Origin: Promethearchaeota archaeon
Lineage (GTDB): Archaea > Asgardarchaeota > Lokiarchaeia > Sigyniarchaeales > SOKP01
Assembly: GCA_019058365.1 (NCBI GenBank)
Contig: JAHPZE010000002.1
Coordinates: 64,001-128,000, forward strand
DNA length: 64,000 nucleotides
Direction of reading: 5' to 3'
Shown: piece by piece, positions 1 to 9,122 of the stretch
How positions within the stretch are numbered: the first letter of the stretch is position 1
How the letters are laid out: each line of letters starts with the position of its first letter
Position numbers and translations under genes: made by a program
Notes under the pieces: generated by a model
Database searches by the model: none
What the model saw: only the letters and a program-made list of their open reading frames with translations
Told to the model about the DNA's origin: nothing

Positions 1-127
1 GATTCAGAAAATTATACTCGATAAGCTAAAAGATTTGAGTTGAATTATGAAAAAAAAATAACAAAACCTTCTTTTTCTTTACTATAATTAGTTAATTAAC
101 TATAGAACAAATTATTAAAATAACTCG

Positions 128-664
128 TTACATTAATTCTTCAATTTCTTTTTGAATATGTTCGATTCTTTTTTTCGATTTTAACAAAATCTTACTTCTT
201 CCATATTTTTGAAACCATCTATTAAATCTGGCTTGGATTGAAACTTCTCTCGTACCCGCCATATGTTTATCTGCTAAACATATTATTTTTTCTTCTAAAG
301 TGATAGGTAAATAATCCTTTTCAGGTAATCCCACTTTTTTAGCATCTTGTTTATCTAAACCACCTAAAATATGAGTTTCACAGATTCTCGCGAGTTTATC
401 TGAAAAACCTCTCTGTCTTAAGAGTTTACCACCTATTAATGCATGGTTAAAACCATGGGTTTTAGATCTCCCAATATCATGCAATAAAGCCCCAATTTCA
501 ATCAAATTTACATCTAATTTTGCCTTTTTTACTTTATTTGCTATTTCTATGGCTTTATCAGCAACTTTTTCTGAATGGCGTCTAACTGAGAGTGGAACTT
601 TCAATCTCCTTAACAGTTCTAACGCAAAATCCCGATCGGGTAAAATTTCTTCTTTATTTACCAT
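128..664 (-). CDS. HD-domain metal-dependent phosphohydrolase (TIGR00295-like)
   Basis: RRHS...GALLHDIGR...H..IGG..CETH...EEKIICLADK: classic HD motif set. Confidence 0.85.
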   Translation of the reverse strand: MVNKEEILPDRDFALELLRRLKVPLSVRRHSEKVADKAIEIANKVKKAKLDVNLIEIGALLHDIGRSKTHGFNHALIGGKLLRQRGFSDKLARICETHILGGLDKQDAKKVGLPEKDYLPITLEEKIICLADKHMAGTREVSIQARFNRWFQKYGRSKILLKSKKRIEHIQKEIEELM

Positions 665-832
665 TATTTTTTATAATTAACCAATTAACTTTAAGTTTGA
701 GTTATTATAAAATTCAGTAAATCTCTATTCTAACCAAGATATCTGCAATCTTTAGTGTTTAAATATTAATAGACTAGGTAGAACAGATTTACTCACTATA
801 TTCTATGAAAAAATAATTTCTCTTAGGGATTT

Positions 833-1327
833 TTAATAGAATTCCTCATAAGGTCCGCTTACTAAGCCACCAACTAATCCTCCAATTAAAACCCCTACAA
901 ATGCGCTAATTATTCCCCCTAATGTTTCAATCAATTGCGTTCCTTGGAATAAAGACATTAAATCTTCACCGGATATAATGCTTAATATTATCCAAAACAA
1001 TAAAACTACAATAACTACTAACGAACTAGCTATTACTCCTCTTCTTAAACCTTTTGCTATTGACCCTGTGAGGTAACCGATGAAAATCCATGCTAAAATT
1101 TCGGGAACAAAAAATCCAAGGATGGTTGGCGTCCCTGTAAAAAATGAAATCATATCAAAATCAAAATTTGCTCCCACCAATAATGCTCCCACTCTTAATC
1201 CATTAATTCCGGAAGATATTATGGTTAATATATCAACCATATTAAAGAAAAAAGCAGAAAAGAAGCTAAATACAATACCAACTATGATACCAATAACTAA
1301 TCGATAGGACGTCATGATTAAAACCAA
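833..1327 (-). CDS. Gly-rich multi-pass membrane protein (about 4 TM), function unknown
   Basis: Hydrophobic helices with GxxxG motifs; start may be the ATG near 1315. Confidence 0.65.
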   Translation of the reverse strand: MVLIMTSYRLVIGIIVGIVFSFFSAFFFNMVDILTIISSGINGLRVGALLVGANFDFDMISFFTGTPTILGFFVPEILAWIFIGYLTGSIAKGLRRGVIASSLVVIVVLLFWIILSIISGEDLMSLFQGTQLIETLGGIISAFVGVLIGGLVGGLVSGPYEEFY

Positions 1328-1545
1328 TATACATCTAAATGATTAAATAATAGTTATAATCTATAAGTTATATTAATAATTAAAATCATTATGCTATATT
1401 AAAACTTTAGTTCTTAAGCTTTTACAAAAATCTGCTCAATAAAATATTAAAGTTATTATGTATTCAATAATATATTCATAAATTCGTTAGACATAAATAT
1501 ATTTTAAATTAATTAACGTCAGAAAAAAAAAGTAAGGCTACTAAT

Positions 1546-2373
1546 TTGGCTCGAAAGAAAAAGAAAACTGAAGAACCAGAAAGTACGAAAAAAAACGACG
1601 ATCTAGAAGATTTTAGTGAAGAATTCGATATTGATTTTGAAGAAGATTTAGATTTAGAAGAAGAACTTGACTTATTAGACACTAAAGATATAGAAGCAGG
1701 AATTGAGATAAAAGAAGAATTAATTGATAAAGATGAGGAAAGAAAACAGCTTTATTTAAGCTGTGGGATACATATTGGAACAAAACTATTAACTGGAGAT
1801 GCTCGAAGGTTTATTTATAGGCAGACTAATTATGGATTATATGTTATTGATTTAACTCAAACCGATGAACGACTTAAAATTGCAGCTAAATTCTTAAGCA
1901 AATATGTTGAAGAAGGAAGTGATAGAGTCATTGTTACTTCAGTTCGACGATATGGGAAAGAACCAGTAAAAAAGTTTTGTGAAGTATTAGGGTGCAGAGC
2001 AATAACTTCAAGATTTATTCCCGGCTCACTTACAAACCCAATTATTGATACCTACATTAAAGACGCGAGCGTTGTATTAATTGTAGATCCTCATGCAGAT
2101 AAAGTAGTTTTACGAGAAGCTAAATTAGCCCGAATCCCTTTAGTATCTCTATTTGATACCGATGATACTCTTACAGGCATAGATCTTGCGATTCCAGCTA
2201 ATAATCGAGGTAAAAAAGCATTAGGGCTAGCATTCTGGCTTTTAGCACGACAAATTATGTTAGAGTTAGGTAAAATATCAAGTGAAGATGAGTTTCGATA
2301 CACACTTGATGATTTTACTTCAAAAATAGTTCCTGTTTACCGTCAAGAACAGCAAAGTCAAACAAGAAGATAA
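1546..2373 (+). CDS. rps2: 30S ribosomal protein uS2 with long acidic N-terminal extension
   Basis: GIHIGTK, YVIDL, RFIPGSLTNP, DPHAD, IPANNRGKKALGL.FWLLAR: archaeal/eukaryotic uS2 motifs; TTG start. Confidence 0.95.
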   Translation: MARKKKKTEEPESTKKNDDLEDFSEEFDIDFEEDLDLEEELDLLDTKDIEAGIEIKEELIDKDEERKQLYLSCGIHIGTKLLTGDARRFIYRQTNYGLYVIDLTQTDERLKIAAKFLSKYVEEGSDRVIVTSVRRYGKEPVKKFCEVLGCRAITSRFIPGSLTNPIIDTYIKDASVVLIVDPHADKVVLREAKLARIPLVSLFDTDDTLTGIDLAIPANNRGKKALGLAFWLLARQIMLELGKISSEDEFRYTLDDFTSKIVPVYRQEQQSQTRR

Positions 2374-2537
2374 TTTATTAAATATTAATATCTTGGTTTA
2401 TCAATTTTATATTATTTATTAAATAATTCCTTGATGATTTAAACGCAAATTGTATAGGTTTTTTTAACAAATCAAATTGTTCCTATATATTGACAAAAAC
2501 AATAATTTTGTTGACTAATATCTTAAATTATAATTTC

Positions 2538-3215
2538 TTATTTTATGTACAATATGTTAGGAAGATCAGAGAGATTGTTAAGAAATTCTCTTACTTGATA
2601 TCGACTGAACACTTTTCGTGGAGTAACTCCTGAAAGAACAGCAATAAATGAAATATCTGCTCTATTGGCTGTTTCTGCATCAATTGTACTGTCTCCGATA
2701 TATATAACTTTTGAAATAGGTAAATTTAATTTCTTTACAGCTAACAATAATCCAAATGGATCTGGTTTAAGCATTTGGACATCTTCCCCACCAACAATAA
2801 CCTCAAAATAATCTAAAAGATTTTCTCTACTCAAAATAGCTTTTATTCTATATCGAAATTTCGTAGAAACAATCCCTAACTTAAAACCATTATTATATAA
2901 TCCTTTAATTACATCAGGGGTCTCTGTAAACAATATAGTAAAATCTGCCATAATCTCATCTGCCTTTTTAATGAAAAAATACTTGAATTTTTCTGTTTTA
3001 TCTACATGTTGTTCTCCTACTAGGTTTATAAATGTATGTTCAAGTGTAAGACCAATTGTTTTAATAATGTCATTTTTTGTAAATTCTGCAAAACCAAGTT
3101 CTTTTAATGCATAATTTACACATTTTACAACACCTTTGGACGAATCTGCTAATGTAAAGTCAAAATCAAATATCACGCCTTTTATTCCTTTGATTTCATT
3201 TTTAGGAATCCTCAT
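2538..3215 (-). CDS. HAD-superfamily hydrolase (phosphoglycolate phosphatase-like)
   Basis: FDFDFTL motif I, VSTK, KPDP, YIGDSTID. Confidence 0.88.
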   Translation of the reverse strand: MRIPKNEIKGIKGVIFDFDFTLADSSKGVVKCVNYALKELGFAEFTKNDIIKTIGLTLEHTFINLVGEQHVDKTEKFKYFFIKKADEIMADFTILFTETPDVIKGLYNNGFKLGIVSTKFRYRIKAILSRENLLDYFEVIVGGEDVQMLKPDPFGLLLAVKKLNLPISKVIYIGDSTIDAETANRADISFIAVLSGVTPRKVFSRYQVREFLNNLSDLPNILYIK

Positions 3216-3394
3216 GAGTTTCCGATTCGATATTATTTCTATAAATTTTCTCTATTTATTATTAATTTCTCTACTAAACAAGTTTATTTTTCTTATTAAA
3301 TCGCAACTTACTCTTTTGAATTATTTATAGTAAGTTTTTAATTTTAAATCAATTACTTTAACATAGAGAAATATTACTAATTTTAAGTGTTTTA

Positions 3395-4174
3395 GTGATG
3401 AAAAAAATTATCTCATTTTCTGGAAAGGGTGGTGTAGGGAAATCCACACTCCTCGTCTTGATGCTCAAATATCTCCTTGAAAAATCTAAAGATCTTAACA
3501 TCCTCGTAATTGATGCCGATCCCGATGCAAATATTGGAGACATTATCGGAAAAGAAATCCATTTTAAAGAAACCATTGGGGGGAAAATGACCATCTTAAA
3601 AGACAAAATCCAAAAACGGCAGATACCTCTTGATGTGTCGAAAGCGCAAATCATTGAATCTGAGGTCTTTGATGCATTAATCGAAATGGACGACTTTGAT
3701 ATATTAGAAATGGGACGTAGCGAAGGTGAGGGGTGCTATTGTAGTGTAAATAACACCTTAAAGCGGGTGATTGACATCCTCTCAAAAAATTATGATGTAA
3801 CGTTAATAGATGCCCCCGCAGGACTGGAATATTTTGCCAGAAAAACGGGTCGAAACGTCACAGATTTAGTGATAGTAAGTGATCCAAGCAAAATGGGTAT
3901 CCATACCATGAAACGGATATTAGAAGTATCTAAAGAAGTAGATTTGAAATTTGAAAATATATGGATACTTGGGAATCGGTTTCCAGAAAATATAAGAGAT
4001 ATTTTAGAAAAAGAAGTTACCAACATTAAAGAAGAATATGTAAAGCTTCTTGGCTTTATTGCGAATAGTGAAGAAATAAGTAAAATGAATTTAGTTGGTG
4101 AAAATCTCCTAAACTTACCAAACGAAAGCGAAGCATATAAAACAGGCAAAGAATTATTCGCTAAAATAGTATAA
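3395..4174 (+). CDS. CooC/AcsF-type nickel-insertion ATPase (CODH/ACS maturation)
   Basis: GKGGVGKS deviant Walker A, IDADPDAN, GEGCYC metal motif, DAPAGLEYFAR. Confidence 0.88.
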   Translation: MMKKIISFSGKGGVGKSTLLVLMLKYLLEKSKDLNILVIDADPDANIGDIIGKEIHFKETIGGKMTILKDKIQKRQIPLDVSKAQIIESEVFDALIEMDDFDILEMGRSEGEGCYCSVNNTLKRVIDILSKNYDVTLIDAPAGLEYFARKTGRNVTDLVIVSDPSKMGIHTMKRILEVSKEVDLKFENIWILGNRFPENIRDILEKEVTNIKEEYVKLLGFIANSEEISKMNLVGENLLNLPNESEAYKTGKELFAKIV

Positions 4175-4176
4175 AA

Positions 4177-4839
4177 TTAAAGGTATTCATTAATCTTTTT
4201 ATTTAGAAAATTTTTTTCTACTCCACCTCTCATCCCAGGTAATTCAAAACACTTGTCTGGAACCATTCGCTTAAAATAACTTTTGTTTTCTCTTTCAGAA
4301 ATAAATTGTGAACTATATAGTGTTTCGAATATTTTTTCTCCTGAAAATTGTATATCTTCGAAATATGGATTAAAAGAGCGATTTTTACTAACTTCTTCTA
4401 CTACTTTTTTTAGAGGAGAATTAAACTCCCGGATTATTCCTTTTTCATCTATTATTGCAGTTTTATGAGTGTGTTCATTATATAAACAAATTATGCATTG
4501 TGGCCATCTTTCATGAAAATATTCTAAAACAAGATCTATTACACGATGTTTTAATAGGACTACTCCAAATAGTACGCCACGATTATTGATCTGTGTTCGT
4601 GTAAATTGTTTAGCACGATAAGATTCAGTAGACACTTCCCGCATCATACAGTTAATTTTTTTTGCGAGTGGAGTACCTGAATTTCGTAAGATAACTTCTG
4701 GAATTTTTTTAATATGTTTGATTAGAACAGGAGAAAATTTACAATGACGGGGTAGATTATGAATCAATTCTTCATGTGAGTGACCTTTAGCGCACCCAAC
4801 AACTTCTAACGGATCTTGAACCTCCTTTATTTTTTTCAT
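4177..4839 (-). CDS. DUF4130 / TIGR03915-like DNA metabolism protein
   Basis: REV..E.YRAKQFTR, HF.ERWP-like motif, YSSQFISERENK.YFKRMVP; coupled to the TIGR03916-type radical SAM gene. Confidence 0.7.
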   Translation of the reverse strand: MKKIKEVQDPLEVVGCAKGHSHEELIHNLPRHCKFSPVLIKHIKKIPEVILRNSGTPLAKKINCMMREVSTESYRAKQFTRTQINNRGVLFGVVLLKHRVIDLVLEYFHERWPQCIICLYNEHTHKTAIIDEKGIIREFNSPLKKVVEEVSKNRSFNPYFEDIQFSGEKIFETLYSSQFISERENKSYFKRMVPDKCFELPGMRGGVEKNFLNKKINEYL

Positions 4840-6164
4840 TAGATTCCTTTTTCCATGATTTTATTCTCATTTAGATTAATAAACTTGTGTAGAGTCGTTT
4901 GATTTCCTTTATTTATCAAAAGAAAAGGATCAGCTCTCTTTAATACTACACCAACCGATTTTAGATCTTGTCTACGTTTAAAAACGAATTTTCTAGTTCG
5001 CAAATTAATTATTCTTTTAGCAGAAATTGGACCAATTCCCGGAACTCGAATTAAATCTTGGTAAGATGCTTGATTTGGATCTACAGACCCATGATCTTTA
5101 AAATATTTTCTTGCTAAGTGCATTTTTGGGTCACCTCTAGGTAAATTACACTCTTCATTTAGTATTTCCTTCAAATCCTTCAATTTATAATGATATATCC
5201 GTAATAACCAATCACTTTGATATAATCTGTGCTCTCTTGTTAATGGAGCGGCTTGTTTGCCAGCTAAGGGTGTCCCTTTTATAGGAATAAATGAAGAAAA
5301 ATATGCTCGCCTTAAGTCAATTCCTTTATATCCCCAATCAATTCTCTTAAGTAGATCATAATCAGTCTCATTTTCCGCAGCACCCACTACAAATTGTGTC
5401 GTTTGTCCACTATTAAGAATTGGAGCTCCATCCCATCTAAATTTTTTATAACCATCTTCTCGTCGGTCCTTAATCATTCTTTCTTGGAATTTCAATTGAT
5501 TTTCTTGCTTAAAATCTCGCATAATTTTTAGTGCCTCATCATTATGTCTAACTCGAATTTGTTTTAACCAACGCTGGCGTGTTATGATATCATTATTGAA
5601 ATCTTTCTGTTCAGCAATTTCAGCTAAATAGTCTTTAGTTGAGGCTTCAGAATTTATTGAAATACGATCAGATAGAGATATTGCTTCCTTTAACAAATAT
5701 TGGCTTACACCGGGTAAACATTTAAAATGAACATATCCACGAAATTTATATTTAAATCTAAGAAGTCTAATTGCCTCCAACATCTCTTCGGTTGTCTTAT
5801 CTGCACTACCACAAACTCCTGATGAAATGAAAACTCCTTCTACAACATTCATCGAATAAAGCTTCATAAATGTCCGAGCATATTCTTCTGGAGTAAAACT
5901 TAACTTCTGTTTTGCACTATGAGAAAAGCAATACTTGCAATTATATATACACTTATTAGTATATAGAGTTTTAAATAAGCTCATACATCGCCCATCAGGA
6001 GTATAGGAATGGCAAATCCCCGCACTTGCTGTTGCCCCAATCCATTTTTTTGAATCTCCGAAAAGTTTTGGATATTTATCAGTACGACTGGAAGCAGTAC
6101 TGGCACAAATATCATACTTTGAATTTTCTCCTAAGATACGAATCTTTTCCAAAACAGAAGGCAC
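4839..6164 (-). CDS. Putative DNA modification/repair radical SAM protein with C-terminal HhH (TIGR03916-like)
   Basis: KYDICAS, GICHSYTPDGRC, CIYNCKYC, REHRLYQSDWLLRIY, RVPGIGPISAKRI; GTG start after GAGGAG. Confidence 0.9.
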   Translation of the reverse strand: MPSVLEKIRILGENSKYDICASTASSRTDKYPKLFGDSKKWIGATASAGICHSYTPDGRCMSLFKTLYTNKCIYNCKYCFSHSAKQKLSFTPEEYARTFMKLYSMNVVEGVFISSGVCGSADKTTEEMLEAIRLLRFKYKFRGYVHFKCLPGVSQYLLKEAISLSDRISINSEASTKDYLAEIAEQKDFNNDIITRQRWLKQIRVRHNDEALKIMRDFKQENQLKFQERMIKDRREDGYKKFRWDGAPILNSGQTTQFVVGAAENETDYDLLKRIDWGYKGIDLRRAYFSSFIPIKGTPLAGKQAAPLTREHRLYQSDWLLRIYHYKLKDLKEILNEECNLPRGDPKMHLARKYFKDHGSVDPNQASYQDLIRVPGIGPISAKRIINLRTRKFVFKRRQDLKSVGVVLKRADPFLLINKGNQTTLHKFINLNENKIMEKGI

Positions 6165-6292
6165 TTTACTCCTCAGCTAAATAGAATAACATACCTTATA
6201 ATGGTATATATGTTTAAATCTTGAAATTTTCCTTATAAAAAGAGAGGGGATATTGAATTTTCAATAAAATTTTAGGTTGCAAAAATATTACT

Positions 6293-6718
6293 TCATTTCA
6301 GGTTATTTTTTAAGTCTTTAAGAATATTTTTCCTTATTTTACCAAAATTTTCACCTTTATCAGCAAAAGTAGGTATATCCCCATGAGCAGGTTTGTATGA
6401 ATCCATTCTTATTCGAAAATATGTACGAATTATGTCTACGATTGCATCAGAATAATCCATCCAAATCCCAGCTTCAATATTTTCATTTAAAAGATCGAGC
6501 CAGAAAGTTGGAATTGAAAAAATAATTCTTGTAGTATTTGCTACTGATTCAGTAGAAGATATAATAGTAGAAGGTCTTCCTTCTTTATCCCATTGTTTAG
6601 CTGCTGAAATTGTACCATATGAACACTTTTCATCAATAACAATAGAAGATTGTTTTTCTCCTTTTTCAAGTCTTTCAAGAATACGTAAATATTTTTCTTT
6701 ATCAATTTTTCTTGGCAT
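6293..6718 (-). CDS. Putative transcription regulator: N-terminal HTH plus ribbon-helix-helix domain
   Basis: LERLEKGEKQSSI...CSYGTIS (HTH-like); IIFSIP.FWLDLLNENIEAG.WMDYSDAIVDIIR (CopG/MetJ RHH-like). Confidence 0.55.
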   Translation of the reverse strand: MPRKIDKEKYLRILERLEKGEKQSSIVIDEKCSYGTISAAKQWDKEGRPSTIISSTESVANTTRIIFSIPTFWLDLLNENIEAGIWMDYSDAIVDIIRTYFRIRMDSYKPAHGDIPTFADKGENFGKIRKNILKDLKNNLK

Positions 6719-6732
6719 AATATTCTCACTTA

Positions 6733-6773
6733 CTACTATAATATCTACTATTATATTTAAATGTTTATAGTAG
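6733..6773. promoter_or_regulatory. Inverted repeat CTACTATAA/TTATAGTAG flanking a TTTAAATA box upstream of the HTH-RHH gene
   Basis: 6733-6741 and 6765-6773 are exact reverse complements; extra TCTACTA half-site at 6744-6750. Confidence 0.45.
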
Positions 6774-6840
6774 AGAAATAATATAATATATTTTTAAAAC
6801 TACCACTAATCAAAATAAGAAGAAATAACAATCCTTTTAT

Positions 6841-7122
6841 TCAAAAAGGTAAGTATAAATTTTCTATTGTTTGATAAATTTTTTTCTCTTCACTTAAATA
6901 AGAATTATGGGACAAATCTTCATCAGAATGGTTCTGAATCCACATTTTGTTTTCAAGTGCCTTTAATGACGTTAGAATTCGTTTTGCTTCGTTTTTTGAT
7001 TCTGCACTATTAAGACATTTAATTAAAAAATTTATATAATTCAGAAGCAACTTTCTTAATTTTTCTCTTTTTGTTTGCAGGAGGTTTAATCTATTGCTTA
7101 CATAAGTTGTTGTTTGCATCAT
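6841..7122 (-). CDS. Hypothetical helical protein
   Basis: 93-aa ORF filling an intergenic gap; no recognisable motif. Confidence 0.45.
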   Translation of the reverse strand: MMQTTTYVSNRLNLLQTKREKLRKLLLNYINFLIKCLNSAESKNEAKRILTSLKALENKMWIQNHSDEDLSHNSYLSEEKKIYQTIENLYLPF

Positions 7123-7292
7123 TATATTCCAAGAAAGATCTCAAATTATGAGATAATTTAAATACGAATAATATGTATATATTATCGATTTTTCTCGAAA
7201 TTTTAAATTAATTTAGCTATCCATGAATGATAAACAAACTAAAATCTATTTTTATATTAGCAAATTATATTTAATAAAAACCAATAAACTAA

Positions 7293-9122
7293 ATGGAATT
7301 AAAAATGCCTAAATATACTGGTGGAGAGATTATCTCCAAATATCTGATAAAAGAGGGAGTAAAATATGTTGTCGGGATTCCTGGTCACGGAAATCTTCCT
7401 CTTGTAGACGCTTTCTTCAAAGATAAGGAGAAAATTCAGTTGATTCAACCTAAGCAGGAAATGGCAGGAGTTCATCTCGCTGTAGGATATTATAGAATTA
7501 CAGGACAACCTTTATGCGTTTTTACTTCAATTGGGCCAGGAGCAATTAATACCGCTATTGGTATTGCTGATGCTTTTGTTGATTCATTTCCTTGTCTTAT
7601 AATTACGGGAGATACCCATGTTCATATGAGAGGGAAAGGGGTACTCCAAGAAATTGAAAGAAAAAAAGATTCTAGTATGCCCAAAATTTTAGAACCTATT
7701 GTAAAAAGGAGTTTCGAGGTAGATACTGTAGGACAACTAGCAACGATAATGCAGAGAGCTTTTAATATTATGTTAACCGGAAGAAGAGGACCAGTTCATA
7801 TTGATCTTCCTATGGATGTGCAAGCGAATTCTATTGAGGTGGAGATTCCAGAGCCTCTTGAGAGAAGATCAATCGGTCGGATAAGAGGAGATCCTGAGAT
7901 TATTAAGAAAGCTGTCCACTTAATTAAAAACTCAAAAAGACCTGTTTTATTTATAGGTGGAGGAGCAATTTCCTCAGAAACTAGTGAGGAGATAAGAACA
8001 CTAGCAGAAAAAATAGGTGCAGCAGTGGTCGTTACCATGATGGGGAAAGATATTATTGATAATTCTAATCCACTTTATTGTTGGTCAGCAGGTTCCAAAG
8101 GTACAACAGTGGGATTAAAAATGACGACAAATGCTGACGTTATTCTTGCCGTCGGTTGTAGATTTGCTGATGAAACTGCGAGTTCGTATAAAGATGGAGT
8201 TAGTTTTTCGATACCACCAACAAAACTAATCCAATTAGATATAGATCCTCATGAAATTGGTAAGAATTATCCTGTTTCTGTAGGAATAGTTGGTGACGCT
8301 AAAGCTTGTTTGACCCAAATTTTAGAAGAGTTAGGAGATTATTCAAGAGATTATAAGAATACAGAATATTATAAAGAAATTCAACAAGAGAAACATAAAT
8401 GGTTCAAATTTCTTGATGAGAATCGGGATGATTCAAAAATACCTGTTATGATATCTACAGTTTTAAGAGAAGTAAGAAACTTTTTTGACAGAGATGCTGT
8501 AATAGTAACTAGTTCTGGAAATGTGCAAGCTCAGATGCTTCAAGAATTAGAGTTTTATGAACCTAAAACATGTCTTACCGCTGGAGGATTCTCAACAATG
8601 GGTTATAGTATTCCAGCAGCGATTGGCGCTAAACTGGGTTCAAAAGATATTGGAAAACCTGATAGACAAGTTGTTGCGCTTGTTGGAGATGGAGATTTTA
8701 TGATGACTATATCAGAATTATCTATAGCAGTTCAACTCGGATTGGATAACATCTTCTTTATTATTCTTAATAATCATGGCTGGATTGCAATTAAAGACTT
8801 ACAACAAGCTGCGTTTGGTGAAGATAGGGGTTATGGTACAGCTTTTGAAGATATAGAAGGAAAAACATATTCCCCTGATTTTGCTAAAATCGGTGAAGCA
8901 TTTGGTTGCTATTCTGAAAAAATTTCTAGCAAAAAAGAGATTATTCCTACACTTGAAAGAGCAGCTAAATCAGGAAAACCAGCAGTAATAGAAATTGAAG
9001 TTCAAAGAGAATATCCCTATACAGGATCTCCCGCTGTAGGTTGGTGGGATGTTCCAATACCAGAATATATAAAAGACCGAAGAAAGAAATATGAACAAGA
9101 AAGTAAGGGAGAAAAGCTCTAA
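7293..9122 (+). CDS. Thiamine-diphosphate-dependent enzyme, acetolactate synthase superfamily, IolD-like
   Basis: GIPGHGN, TSIGPGAIN, GDGDFMM...NNHG TPP motif, C-terminal WWDVP. Confidence 0.85.
   Translation: MELKMPKYTGGEIISKYLIKEGVKYVVGIPGHGNLPLVDAFFKDKEKIQLIQPKQEMAGVHLAVGYYRITGQPLCVFTSIGPGAINTAIGIADAFVDSFPCLIITGDTHVHMRGKGVLQEIERKKDSSMPKILEPIVKRSFEVDTVGQLATIMQRAFNIMLTGRRGPVHIDLPMDVQANSIEVEIPEPLERRSIGRIRGDPEIIKKAVHLIKNSKRPVLFIGGGAISSETSEEIRTLAEKIGAAVVVTMMGKDIIDNSNPLYCWSAGSKGTTVGLKMTTNADVILAVGCRFADETASSYKDGVSFSIPPTKLIQLDIDPHEIGKNYPVSVGIVGDAKACLTQILEELGDYSRDYKNTEYYKEIQQEKHKWFKFLDENRDDSKIPVMISTVLREVRNFFDRDAVIVTSSGNVQAQMLQELEFYEPKTCLTAGGFSTMGYSIPAAIGAKLGSKDIGKPDRQVVALVGDGDFMMTISELSIAVQLGLDNIFFIILNNHGWIAIKDLQQAAFGEDRGYGTAFEDIEGKTYSPDFAKIGEAFGCYSEKISSKKEIIPTLERAAKSGKPAVIEIEVQREYPYTGSPAVGWWDVPIPEYIKDRRKKYEQESKGEKL

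Noticed and set aside
1-43. Possible 3' end of a plus-strand gene (…IQKIILDKLKDLS*)
   Set aside because: Too short to support a call
3420-3920. CooC 5' half looks somewhat more GC-rich, suggesting possible recent transfer
   Set aside because: Spot counts of about 37-40% GC are not clearly outside the range of other conserved genes here, and there are no mobility signs
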